A DNA stretch of 58,866 nt. Origin: Candidatus Thorarchaeota archaeon. Lineage in GTDB: Archaea > Asgardarchaeota > Thorarchaeia > Thorarchaeales > Thorarchaeaceae. The notes under the pieces are model-generated. The model saw nothing but the letters and a program-made list of their open reading frames with translations. It was not told where the DNA came from and ran no database searches. Shown here one piece after another: positions 40,032-49,341 of this stretch (position 1 is the first letter of the stretch; every line of letters begins with the position of its first letter). The DNA lies in assembly GCA_003345595.1 (NCBI GenBank), contig PRDI01000050.1, positions 1-58,866 on the forward strand, written 5' to 3'. The position numbers were made by a program, and so were the translations under genes.

Positions 40032-40215
40032 ACATAGATTAGTTTGTCTAAGGAACGAGAGGGATAATATCAGGCTGCGAAACCGTCATTGTAGCAGACA
40101 AATGATGCGCCCTATGCTAAATATGGTTATGAGACTTCCTTGCGCCTGACGTGGCATCCATGTGCCTCATAACTGCTGCTCAGTGCAATAAATTCATAAG
40201 TATGCAGAAGCATTC

Positions 40216-42090
40216 ATGGTGGCCACCATGTCCAAGAAAGCTCTTGTTACAGCTGACTGGCTTGGAAAGGGGCGAGAGACAGACGACGTCACGTTGATCA
40301 GACAGATCATACGGAATGTTTCTGCCGGAAACGGGGTATGTGACAAGGCTCTCTCAGAGCCGAAGTCAGGAGGATCTGAGATCCCGGATTCGCCTATTCC
40401 GCAAGGAAGGATAGATGCTGCTTTGGGTCTCAGCGAAGCGTCTGAGGAAATCGGTGTTTGGGAACGTCCCATTAAGGTGACTGGTGTATCTCTCAGAAGC
40501 CAAATCGAATCTATCATACCGGACAATGTTGAGGAAGGTATGAGAGAGTCACTTGTCTACACCCTGTCTCGGGTGATTGTTGGGAAGTGGCCCCGCTTCG
40601 TGGAGTGGCAGCCGTATCTCTCTGGTATCGACTCGGCAAGCGCCGCCCTCATCACGCTTCATTGCATTAGTCGAGCACTCAAGACGAGACCGGACTGGAT
40701 GAAGGTCCTATGGCGAATGAGCATTGAGAAACTGAAGTCAGAGCTGCTGACAAGTCTTCTCGGCGACATGACTGGTGATCGCGAGGTTAAGTCGATCATA
40801 GGACTACTCGAGCGGGCTAGGGAAACACTCCGAGAGAAGATACCGAGAGATATGCTCCTCACCAATCGCACAATCGATGATTGGATAGCCATGTTGTCCC
40901 CTAAGTCGAAAGAGCAGGCCGACGTAGATACCATTAGCGAGCTGAGAAACAGGATTGGGGCAGAACTGCTGTCGCTGAGATCCCGCGAAACCTTATGGGG
41001 CGTCCTGACGCTAAGGCCTGATGGTCCAGCCGCAAGTCAAATCGAACCTATGTTGAACAGGCTTCGCGAGAAGATTAACGCACTCGATTATGGGCCAACC
41101 ATAGCTGTCTGTACATATCTCGCCGACTGCCAGATTCCCGGCAAGCCGACTGCTAGGGAGATCATTGAGGCGACAGGTGCGAGCGGGTGGAATGCTCACC
41201 TGGCACTGGCTCTCTTGGAAACCCTTCTAACAGAGAGGTACATACCTTCAGTCAGTCTTTTGGGGCTGAGATACCGCGTTGTCATATCCACAAGAGAAAG
41301 AGGTGTGCCAAAATCACGAGGCCTTGCCGCCAAGTATCTGCTTCGCGACACGATGTTTCAGAGTGCATCTCTCCACATTGAGCCCATAGACTCACCAGGC
41401 CCGAATGAAGCAGCTGATCCAGCAAGCATCTTCGACGTCGTCGTCGACTCCGAACTTGTTTCTGTGCGTCTTGATTTGTATGACGCGATGCGATCAGTGT
41501 GGAAAGAACCTTGGTATGAGCCAAAGATTCCCCCAAGACTCTCACCTCATTGCCTGATGAGGTCCTCTGTTTCGGCAAGCGGAAAGATACTGGTGCCAAG
41601 GCCGCGCGATCTGCAGGCGCTAGGTGTACTTTGGGCCTTCAGAGGGATGCGACCTGCGAGGAATTGGATGATGAGATCGATTCACTTCTCCCAGAGCACA
41701 CTGCGACATGCCCTCCCAAGAGTACTTGAGAGCGGTCTGCTGACTCTTCTCTATCATCCAACACTTGAGTATTGCGCGCTCCCAGAGGGCCTGCTGGTGG
41801 CCACGAGGAAGATGACCAGCAGGAGAGCGGACTCACTCGCGACATGGATTACGAGGGCATTCCCATATTGCAGACTCCTGACAAGCAGACCGGCCGGTCA
41901 GGCCGCTGCTGTGGTGCGAGTTCCTGCGCTCAAGAGCGACACTGCCAGAGCGATAATCGAAGAAAAGCTGAAGGAGATGGACTGTGAGTATGTCGTTGCA
42001 GGCATTGAGTCGTGTAGATCGTACTATATGACTGTGCTCAACCGCATTTACGACTCGCGCACCAAAGCATGGGCTGATCCATGGTTGTGA
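40216..42090 (+). CDS. Large hypothetical protein with putative tandem wHTH/Lrp-like modules
   Basis: HTH-like PTAREIIEATGASGWNAHLAL followed by YIPSVSLLGL (Lrp-type linker); second module LQALGVLW...FSQSTLRHALPRVLESGLL..YHP.LEYCAL. Confidence 0.65.
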   Translation: MVATMSKKALVTADWLGKGRETDDVTLIRQIIRNVSAGNGVCDKALSEPKSGGSEIPDSPIPQGRIDAALGLSEASEEIGVWERPIKVTGVSLRSQIESIIPDNVEEGMRESLVYTLSRVIVGKWPRFVEWQPYLSGIDSASAALITLHCISRALKTRPDWMKVLWRMSIEKLKSELLTSLLGDMTGDREVKSIIGLLERARETLREKIPRDMLLTNRTIDDWIAMLSPKSKEQADVDTISELRNRIGAELLSLRSRETLWGVLTLRPDGPAASQIEPMLNRLREKINALDYGPTIAVCTYLADCQIPGKPTAREIIEATGASGWNAHLALALLETLLTERYIPSVSLLGLRYRVVISTRERGVPKSRGLAAKYLLRDTMFQSASLHIEPIDSPGPNEAADPASIFDVVVDSELVSVRLDLYDAMRSVWKEPWYEPKIPPRLSPHCLMRSSVSASGKILVPRPRDLQALGVLWAFRGMRPARNWMMRSIHFSQSTLRHALPRVLESGLLTLLYHPTLEYCALPEGLLVATRKMTSRRADSLATWITRAFPYCRLLTSRPAGQAAAVVRVPALKSDTARAIIEEKLKEMDCEYVVAGIESCRSYYMTVLNRIYDSRTKAWADPWL

Positions 42091-42105
42091 TATTTGGAGA
42101 TGAGA

Positions 42106-43095
42106 TCAGACCCATTGTTCCAGTGTGGATTGTACATTTCTGAACTCGCGCCATGCTTTCACGGTTCGTTCTGCAACAGACTGGCTCTGGTCGCTGCCGA
42201 TTGCCGGTATGAGGGTGTCGATTATTCTGGAAGCGATTGGGGGTCGAATGGTCAGGTCGACTCCTCGGAGTGAGATACGGCACACCTCGTCGAAGATCTC
42301 TCTTGCTCGCATAAACTGCTCCCTTTCTATCGGGCCACAGCCATGTGCTCTGAGCACACTATCCAAGTTGCCGTGTCTTTTGAGCAAGACCGCACCTCGT
42401 CTTGGTCCAACGCCTCTGAGTCCCTCGTTATGGAAATCGCACCCACACATGACCGCAAGGTCTCTGATTTGGTCAAGTCGAAGACCAAGTGTGGTTTCAA
42501 GATCGCCAAGAGTCGCTCGGAATACCCTTCCTCGCGATAGAAGCATCTGTCCCGTCATATGAGGGCTACCGAACAGCAGAGCATCAGCATCGGTCGAAAC
42601 TACAGTTCGAACTAGTGACTCTCGACACAATGCGGCGGCCAGCATCTCGGCTTCAGAGGGAGCTGTGCATGTGGGAATCCCCACTGCGCCTGCTAGGTCT
42701 CTAACGTGTTCCAGTGCGAAGTACATCCTGAGTGCAGGACTCTGGGTAAGGTTGGAGGATACATCAATGTCGAGCCGGTCGCCACTTCGCTGGAAGCTGA
42801 GATACAGGTCATGTGCTGTCCTAATCAAATCTGGGTTAGGTGCTCTCTTGAGGGTTTCAGGCGGGCCGTCGAATATCATTACGGGGAGTATGCCTGTCCG
42901 TAGTGTCATCGTGATGAGGCCAAGTCCAATACGGAGATGCCCTAGAGGAACTCCTTCCTTTCTCTTGCGGGTTTTCTCGATGACCGACATTCTCCGTGTC
43001 ATGTAGTTTGGCATGTCGATTGCTATCTTTCCGCGAATCTCGTCCGCGGAGGCCCAGACCCAAGGAAGCACGTTGAAGTTCTTGACACCCATCAC
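42106..43095 (-). CDS. fen: Flap endonuclease FEN1/XPG-family nuclease (divergent paralogue) with C-terminal PIP box
   Basis: MGV N-terminus, IAID, FDG, SEAE, TDAD, GCDF (all seven acidic metal ligands), H3TH GVGPRR, C-terminal QSTLEQW. Confidence 0.88.
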   Translation of the reverse strand: MMGVKNFNVLPWVWASADEIRGKIAIDMPNYMTRRMSVIEKTRKRKEGVPLGHLRIGLGLITMTLRTGILPVMIFDGPPETLKRAPNPDLIRTAHDLYLSFQRSGDRLDIDVSSNLTQSPALRMYFALEHVRDLAGAVGIPTCTAPSEAEMLAAALCRESLVRTVVSTDADALLFGSPHMTGQMLLSRGRVFRATLGDLETTLGLRLDQIRDLAVMCGCDFHNEGLRGVGPRRGAVLLKRHGNLDSVLRAHGCGPIEREQFMRAREIFDEVCRISLRGVDLTIRPPIASRIIDTLIPAIGSDQSQSVAERTVKAWREFRNVQSTLEQWV

Positions 43096-43102
43096 TGCAG
43101 CC

Positions 43103-43831
43103 TCACTTGAAACCCCGGATGCCTTTGGAGGTGATGCTGATGATCACTCCTTTGGGCGGCTGGGTCAGTGTACAGCGTTCAACGAATATGCTGACAAGGT
43201 CGTCACGAGCATCCAGTCTGCCGATCCTGACAACAGAGTCTACATTGTGAGCTACGATGTTGCCGCCTATAGGGGATGGTTGGCCTGATGTCCAGTCAAG
43301 TGATGAGTGGTCAGTCATAAGTACGTGCGTCCCGGTCTTGTTGACCATAGCCCTCAATTCCTGGAAGGTTCGGAATAGTTCTCGCTGTCTTCCCGCACTG
43401 GAAGGACCCCCGCTCATGTTGAGCACAGAGGTCAAGCTATCAATGACGACGATCCGGACGTCGGTCATTGCTGCTAAATCTGATGCGGCTTGTCTAAGGT
43501 CCGATAAACTCAGAAGCCGGCCAACTGCAATTCGGCCGAGGACTTCAGGCGCATCAGAACTTCCACACAGAGTCCTAGCAAGCGCCGGGCTGTAGTTGCT
43601 TGCCGCATCTAGAAAGAAAGACCGCCCAGTCTTCTTCTTTGCTGCACACACGGCTGCCAAGTGAGCAAGTGCGGTCAAGGGGCCTCGACCAGTTCCGTGT
43701 AGTAAGCTGATCTGTTGCGGGATGAGCAGTCTGCCCAAGACTGCATCCAATGCTCGCGGCAGTAGTGAGAAACGTGGTCCCTCATCCAGTTCAATCTCAT
43801 CAAGCGGTCTTTGGTACATCAATCCCAACAC
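43103..43831 (-). CDS. RecA/RadB-like paralogue with degenerate Walker A (probably ATPase-dead)
   Basis: ALDAVLG, HGTGRGPLT in place of GxxGxGKT, FLDA, VVIDSL Walker B, PIGGNIVAHNVD (RadA-type GG..+.H motif). Confidence 0.78.
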   Translation of the reverse strand: MLGLMYQRPLDEIELDEGPRFSLLPRALDAVLGRLLIPQQISLLHGTGRGPLTALAHLAAVCAAKKKTGRSFFLDAASNYSPALARTLCGSSDAPEVLGRIAVGRLLSLSDLRQAASDLAAMTDVRIVVIDSLTSVLNMSGGPSSAGRQRELFRTFQELRAMVNKTGTHVLMTDHSSLDWTSGQPSPIGGNIVAHNVDSVVRIGRLDARDDLVSIFVERCTLTQPPKGVIISITSKGIRGFK

Positions 43832-44771
43832 CCCGAACGACTGAGTAGTCGCGGAAAAGCACGGTATCCACTTCGAAACCCATCGGTATTGCTTCGACTT
43901 CTATGCCGGGCACTGCGGACTCCGGCACGATCACCCTGAGGCCCTTCTTGGTGGGTACAACAGTCATCCTCTCCGGCCAGAGTGATAGGAGGTGGGTCAC
44001 GGTTGCCTCGCCTGCGGCTATTCGATAGTCTCGTATGTGTAATCCGTAGTTCTCATCGACCAGAGGTAGCATGAGCACAGCTTCTGCTAACAGTGGAGAA
44101 GCTGGTTTCGTGCCTTCGATTTTGGCTTCACTGAGTGCAGCATTGACCTGCTCGGGTTGATGCGAATCCGAGTTCGTGGATACAACTAGAGCACAACACT
44201 GGTTCAAGCATGTCAATGATACCGGCAGAAGGGGTCTGTCTCGCAGTAGCTGTACGACTGAATTACGTGCCTGATGCGGAACAATGATGACTCTGAACAT
44301 GCTCTGCAATAGCTCGGACCAATGCACTGCCGTCGAGGGCTTGATTCTACCTGACATGATCCCTATACGGAGAGAGGTTGAGCGTGTTTTCAGGAGCGGA
44401 GCTTTCGATGCAATGGGCAACGAATCTGTCACTAGGGAATATACTGCAGCGGTTGCGGCCGCAGCCGCAAACGACCAATGGATTCCCCACGGTAAAACTA
44501 CCAGGAATGAAACTGCGACCACATAGCCAACTGCACCGAATGCAACGATGACGAGCGGCGAAGGGACTTTCCGTCGCCTATGGCATCGCCGCGTCAGCCA
44601 TGATAGTATGAACGCAACCGATGCAACCATGACGAAGGGCACTGAGTTACCATTCCTGGTGGCTAGGACGATACTCACAACTGATGCGAGCAATTGAGAT
44701 CCCCCAGCCAGGGCCAGAGCAATAGTGACAGCAAGTCCGACTGCCTTGTAAAGGAATCCACCGAACATCAA
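43800..44771 (-). CDS. Membrane protein (about 4 N-terminal TM helices) with soluble C-terminal domain
   Basis: Four hydrophobic segments in aa 5-115; abuts or overlaps both neighbours. Confidence 0.7.
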   Translation of the reverse strand: MMFGGFLYKAVGLAVTIALALAGGSQLLASVVSIVLATRNGNSVPFVMVASVAFILSWLTRRCHRRRKVPSPLVIVAFGAVGYVVAVSFLVVLPWGIHWSFAAAAATAAVYSLVTDSLPIASKAPLLKTRSTSLRIGIMSGRIKPSTAVHWSELLQSMFRVIIVPHQARNSVVQLLRDRPLLPVSLTCLNQCCALVVSTNSDSHQPEQVNAALSEAKIEGTKPASPLLAEAVLMLPLVDENYGLHIRDYRIAAGEATVTHLLSLWPERMTVVPTKKGLRVIVPESAVPGIEVEAIPMGFEVDTVLFRDYSVVRGVGIDVPKTA

Positions 44772-44772
44772 G

Positions 44773-45438
44773 TCACCACCTCACTGAGGCTGACAGCGAA
44801 ACTTCTACAATCCCTGTTTCGAGTAGCTTGATCTTTCCCAGCGGTACCTCTAGACCAGCGCGATTCGTGCCGATGATTGTGGAATAAGGACCAATCGCGT
44901 CCCTCCGCACGGCAAGATCATGATCGACCCACTGTTTGATGGTCTCATGATGCACAGGACAGGTGATGGCACCGTCGATGACTCTGTTCTCGCTAATGAC
45001 GACTACTTTCACACCGCTGCTGACAACTCCTGCAAGAGTCGGCAGAACTTCCTCGATGAGTTCCTGTCCCCATAAGGTCGGGTTGAGGCGGGCCATGTCA
45101 ATCACTCTTGTGACCGGGTCCACGACCACCAGCGACGTGAGTGGTGTGATCCGGCTTGCCACATTCATGACGCAGTCGCGCGATTGGGCATAGTCCAGAG
45201 TGACAAAGGTTGTCACAGCGGACATCTTGCCGCCACATGCTTTGACGTTCCGCCTTAGATGTTTCACAAACGACATCTTGCCATCTGTGTTGATCCATTC
45301 TACTGCGGAGCTTACGGACTCGTCTGCCGCAAAGGCGACTGCAAGAAGAGTCTTGCCTGATCCAGCAGGACCCCAAATGTGGGTTAGACCCTCTAAGCCC
45401 ATTGAGTGCATTAACCTGGCATCATTCTTCCGCATCAT
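44773..45438 (-). CDS. RadB-like RecA-superfamily ATPase
   Basis: HIWGPAGSGKT Walker A, WINTDG, LVVVDP Walker B; no N-terminal HhH domain. Start taken at 45438 (45411 also possible; track start 45531). Confidence 0.8.
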   Translation of the reverse strand: MMRKNDARLMHSMGLEGLTHIWGPAGSGKTLLAVAFAADESVSSAVEWINTDGKMSFVKHLRRNVKACGGKMSAVTTFVTLDYAQSRDCVMNVASRITPLTSLVVVDPVTRVIDMARLNPTLWGQELIEEVLPTLAGVVSSGVKVVVISENRVIDGAITCPVHHETIKQWVDHDLAVRRDAIGPYSTIIGTNRAGLEVPLGKIKLLETGIVEVSLSASVRW

Positions 45439-47191
45439 CAAGGCCCCACATTCTCTCTGCCTCTTTCGGGTCTGATACAGAAACTTCTCTCTCAGGAACT
45501 GGACCTGCCGAGGACTCGGATGGGCGTCCACTCATCCCTGCGATTCTAGCACTAACGATGTCTGCAGCTCGCTTGGGAGGTTCGAAGCCATCAGGATTAT
45601 CGCTTGTTTCGGCATCGGAACTCATGTCGTGCTCGCTAGACGTGAGGGTGCGAGTTGCTGATGTTAGATCTGGTTCACCTGGCCGGGAGTTCCTGCGTAT
45701 GGACTCGAAGAAGTCTGATGTGGCCTCATGTCCTCTAAGAGCTGTAGAGGGTATTCCCTCAATTGTGTGCACAGCATCATCTCTCGTCGCAAGGACCGGG
45801 ACTGGAGTTGCAGTTTCTTCTTCTTCGGGCTGTGTCAGCATCTCGCCCAGCCTTTCCGCCGTCTCAGACATGGCCCTAATGTTCATCAGGTCGTCAATCG
45901 CGTTCTTGACGTCGAAACGAAGGACACCGATATCATAGAGTGAGTTGTTGAGTAGACCAATGTGACTCACGGCCTCCCCGAATGTCATGGGATTAGACAA
46001 GTGTGCAGTCAGTCCTACATACATCAGAGCGAGCATCTCCTCATTCGCATCAGACCCTAGGTGTCGCAGTAGGCAGAGGAATCTCCCCAGTCCCATGTCT
46101 GAGGTTCTGATTGGCGTGCTTTCATCAGGCTCTTCAGCTGGGGCGAACCTTACACACTCGTCGAGCACAGAGCATGCCAAGCTCACTGCATGATCCGTAT
46201 TGCCAGACTCTAGGGCCTCTCCCGCGGCTGCCATTAGCGGTGTCACTGTGAAATGAAGATCCCCTACAAGCCGCAATGCCTGCTCGTTCTCTGAGACCGC
46301 CTTCGATATTCTACTCCAGTCACCCAAAGCAGACACATGCGAGCGTTCATGTTTCACCTTGGATTCGAAGAGTCGGAGTTGCTTTCTTGAGACTGCCAGG
46401 AGGAAGGCACCAGCGATACCCCCTGCGGCTGTCAGCAGAAGTGGTAGTAGAAGCCCACCGGATCCGGTAATGGCCAATTCAATACAGGTCAGCGCACCAG
46501 CCACGGAGAAGACAGAGGACAAAACACCGTACCATCCTCGCTCCACTGCGTTCTGAAGTCCGCTCCACTTGTCGCCAGCTATTCCCCTCCTTACGTCTGG
46601 AACTATGGACCTCATATCACTCTGGCATGCAAACGAAAACTCTTCCGGCCTCACTATTCTTTTCTGGTCTGTTAGCCAGCCGAGATCATTAAGAGGACGG
46701 ACACCTTCGGCCACAACGTAGACTGTTCTCGTTTCGTGCATCATGGAGCTTCCCTTCTCATTCAATGAACGAAGGAGCTCCAGTCGAACACGTCCCCAAG
46801 GTGTGGCAATCGCTCTCTTTCTTACAAGTCCATCGAGCCCGACATCGGTAAGTATCCTCGCCAAGGGCCTGGTCACGGCATCTAGCACTTCGGCTTTCAG
46901 GCCAAGATCGCTCTTACCAGAGCGGCAAGAGCGCATATCGAGTACAAAGACGACAGCAAGGTGAACACCCCCTGTACCTGGGATTGCTTGTAGCCGTACT
47001 CCCACGGTAATGCCACTTGGGTATTGGCAGGTGTGGTGTTGAGTGCTGCGCAGGACGCCAATGATGTCCTGTTCCTTCGATGGTTCTTTTGGCACCCGAC
47101 TCCCCCCAGCTGAGGCAGCCGGAATCTCTGTTCTCTTCTCAGGCAGACTCATTGTGCTCATATCCTCCATTGTCACTACCGGTTGGTCCAT
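45422..47191 (-). CDS. Hypothetical protein with central TM hairpin, helical C-terminal domain and acidic disordered tail
   Basis: Two hydrophobic helices (WYGVLSSVFSVAGALTCIELAI; LLLPLLLTAAGGIAGAFLLAV); start may be a downstream Met. Confidence 0.7.
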   Translation of the reverse strand: MDQPVVTMEDMSTMSLPEKRTEIPAASAGGSRVPKEPSKEQDIIGVLRSTQHHTCQYPSGITVGVRLQAIPGTGGVHLAVVFVLDMRSCRSGKSDLGLKAEVLDAVTRPLARILTDVGLDGLVRKRAIATPWGRVRLELLRSLNEKGSSMMHETRTVYVVAEGVRPLNDLGWLTDQKRIVRPEEFSFACQSDMRSIVPDVRRGIAGDKWSGLQNAVERGWYGVLSSVFSVAGALTCIELAITGSGGLLLPLLLTAAGGIAGAFLLAVSRKQLRLFESKVKHERSHVSALGDWSRISKAVSENEQALRLVGDLHFTVTPLMAAAGEALESGNTDHAVSLACSVLDECVRFAPAEEPDESTPIRTSDMGLGRFLCLLRHLGSDANEEMLALMYVGLTAHLSNPMTFGEAVSHIGLLNNSLYDIGVLRFDVKNAIDDLMNIRAMSETAERLGEMLTQPEEEETATPVPVLATRDDAVHTIEGIPSTALRGHEATSDFFESIRRNSRPGEPDLTSATRTLTSSEHDMSSDAETSDNPDGFEPPKRAADIVSARIAGMSGRPSESSAGPVPEREVSVSDPKEAERMWGLDDAEE

Positions 47192-49319
47192 GACCTCGGG
47201 CGAGGTCCAAGGCCTGTATCATGTTCTCTGCTATCGTCACTACTGGAAGCAGTCCTCCTAGACGACCCACTGCATGAATAGAACGAAGCAACCAAGTTGT
47301 GGTTTCAATGAGCCCATTGATGTCTCCTTCGTGGAAACCAGATCTCTTTGCCAATTCAGAGATTGGTGCACGGTTCGATGTGATAGCGTCTATGAGTTGG
47401 TCATAGGACTCCCCTAGTGATCCACCGCTCTCAATACCGACCAGGTGTCTCAACAACCAGAGAAGCGAGGTCTTGTCTTCCGTTTGAGGCAAAAGAGCCA
47501 GCATCTCCCGAGCCGTAGGTATGCTGAGATACAGTCTGTTGATGAGGCGACCCAGCCTGGTAGGCTTCAGCTTCCCGGCGGTTCCTCCCTCGACAAGACC
47601 TAGCTTCAGAAGGATTCCGGCTGGGCTCGATTCACTGAGAGAGAGTGGTATTACGTAATCTGCAATAGCACCAAGTTCTGTGGCCGCTGAAGCTCCTAGC
47701 AGCAGAAGGTGTGAACACAACATGCCATGCGCATCGAGAGACCTGCCACAGGAGCATTGTGGTCCCTCGAGACATCCGGAGAACGAAGTGCGTGACGAGA
47801 AACGACAAGCATACTGCGAGCCGTCCCAGTCAGTGACAATCGCGCCGACCACGTTGTCTCCTTTCTCCCGGATGTCGACTGCTCCGAATGAACCCTGTTT
47901 TGCCGCTCGAACAGATTCCGGCAGGGCATGTCGTTCGATTGCCGCCTCGGCTGAGATTTCGCCTAGATTGAGCAGTCTCATGGGTGATTCTGCGTCTTGC
48001 ATAGCGCAGTGAATGAGGTACGAATCGTTCAGCAAACTATCTTCAACTTCCTCAAGTGAAGTCTCACCCTGTTCGTCAAGCGCGACTAGTAGTAGCTCTG
48101 TCATGGAGGAAGGAGTATTGAGCACGCTTCTTACCCTATCATACCTTGGGACAAGTAACACCTTTCCAGATTCTTCTACTTGGTCGAAGTACCTCTTCTC
48201 AGCCTCTTCGGCCTCACCCTCACTCCCTGTAAGAACGACTCCGAATCCCACTTTGTCATGGTTTGGTCTCCCGGCCCTGCCCAGCATTTGATGGAGCCGG
48301 TTTGCACTCAGCAGTTGTCCATGTTCCTTAGGTGTCTTCACGTTCGTGACCACGACAGTCCTTGCAGGGAGGTCCATACCTGCAGCGAGCGTCGTTGTCG
48401 CACAGACTACTCTAACCCTTCCAGTCTGGAACAAATGCTCGACGAGGCCGCGCGCGTTGGGCCCAAGGCCAGCATGATGAAAAGCTGTGCCGTCGTGTAG
48501 AACGGTTCTGAGTTCGGGCGGTAAGCTTACGCCCCAGTTCTCCACTGACCCGAGTTCGCTATCGAGTCTAGCCTTCTCCCCCTCTGTGAGCTGTCGGCCC
48601 ACGTCTGCAGCCAGCCGAAAACACTCCACCTCCGCCTCTCGACGAGTCCTCTGAAATACAATCGCTTGTCCATTGCTCTGTATGGTTGTCAAGACGAGCT
48701 CTCTGACAGTCTTGTCCTTGTTGCTCGTAGACAGGACTTTGCAGTGAAGTGGCACGGGTCTCTCATCAGATTCTATGAGCTCACACTGCAACCACTCTGA
48801 GAGATCCAATGGTGTTCCCACGGTGGCTGAGAGAGCAATCAGCTGAAGATCGTGAATCAGGCGTTTCAGTCTGATGATTGCACTCTCAAGCCGGGCTCCT
48901 CGCCGGACCTCTCCGAGGTTCTGAATCTCGTCGATGACTACAGTTCCCACGTCCAGAAGCCATGGGGCTCCGTGCCGAAGCAGAGAGTCTGCCCTTTCGT
49001 AGGTTGTGACGATGATGTCGCGGTCAGACAGTTCATTACCTTCATTCTGGTAATCGCCCGTGCTAAGTCCGACCCTGATGCCGTGACTTTCGTACCGTTC
49101 TCTAAGGCCATTCCAGACTTGAAGACCAAGCGCCCGCAACGGTACTAGATATAGGCCCTTCTTCCCTGCTATCACGGACCTGAGGAGTGCCATCTCCCCG
49201 ACAAGCGTCTTGCCTGACCCGGTGGGACTACATACCATGATGCTCTTTCCGTCAAGCAACCCCTTATCGATGGCAGATTTCTGGACTCCTCTTGGTGTGA
49301 CTCCAATGGAGTCCAGCAT
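47139..49319 (-). CDS. Hel308/Ski2-like SF2 DNA helicase with inserted SWIM zinc finger
   Basis: SPTGSGKT, PLRAL, TYE, DEIQ, LSAT, HHAGL, TTTLAAGMDLPA, QMLGRAGRP; CSC-x9-CSH insert; T.LGRLI.RLYL ratchet helix. Confidence 0.9.
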   Translation of the reverse strand: MLDSIGVTPRGVQKSAIDKGLLDGKSIMVCSPTGSGKTLVGEMALLRSVIAGKKGLYLVPLRALGLQVWNGLRERYESHGIRVGLSTGDYQNEGNELSDRDIIVTTYERADSLLRHGAPWLLDVGTVVIDEIQNLGEVRRGARLESAIIRLKRLIHDLQLIALSATVGTPLDLSEWLQCELIESDERPVPLHCKVLSTSNKDKTVRELVLTTIQSNGQAIVFQRTRREAEVECFRLAADVGRQLTEGEKARLDSELGSVENWGVSLPPELRTVLHDGTAFHHAGLGPNARGLVEHLFQTGRVRVVCATTTLAAGMDLPARTVVVTNVKTPKEHGQLLSANRLHQMLGRAGRPNHDKVGFGVVLTGSEGEAEEAEKRYFDQVEESGKVLLVPRYDRVRSVLNTPSSMTELLLVALDEQGETSLEEVEDSLLNDSYLIHCAMQDAESPMRLLNLGEISAEAAIERHALPESVRAAKQGSFGAVDIREKGDNVVGAIVTDWDGSQYACRFSSRTSFSGCLEGPQCSCGRSLDAHGMLCSHLLLLGASAATELGAIADYVIPLSLSESSPAGILLKLGLVEGGTAGKLKPTRLGRLINRLYLSIPTAREMLALLPQTEDKTSLLWLLRHLVGIESGGSLGESYDQLIDAITSNRAPISELAKRSGFHEGDINGLIETTTWLLRSIHAVGRLGGLLPVVTIAENMIQALDLARGHGPTGSDNGGYEHNESA

Positions 49320-49341
49320 CTGATGAACATGTATTGAGAGA

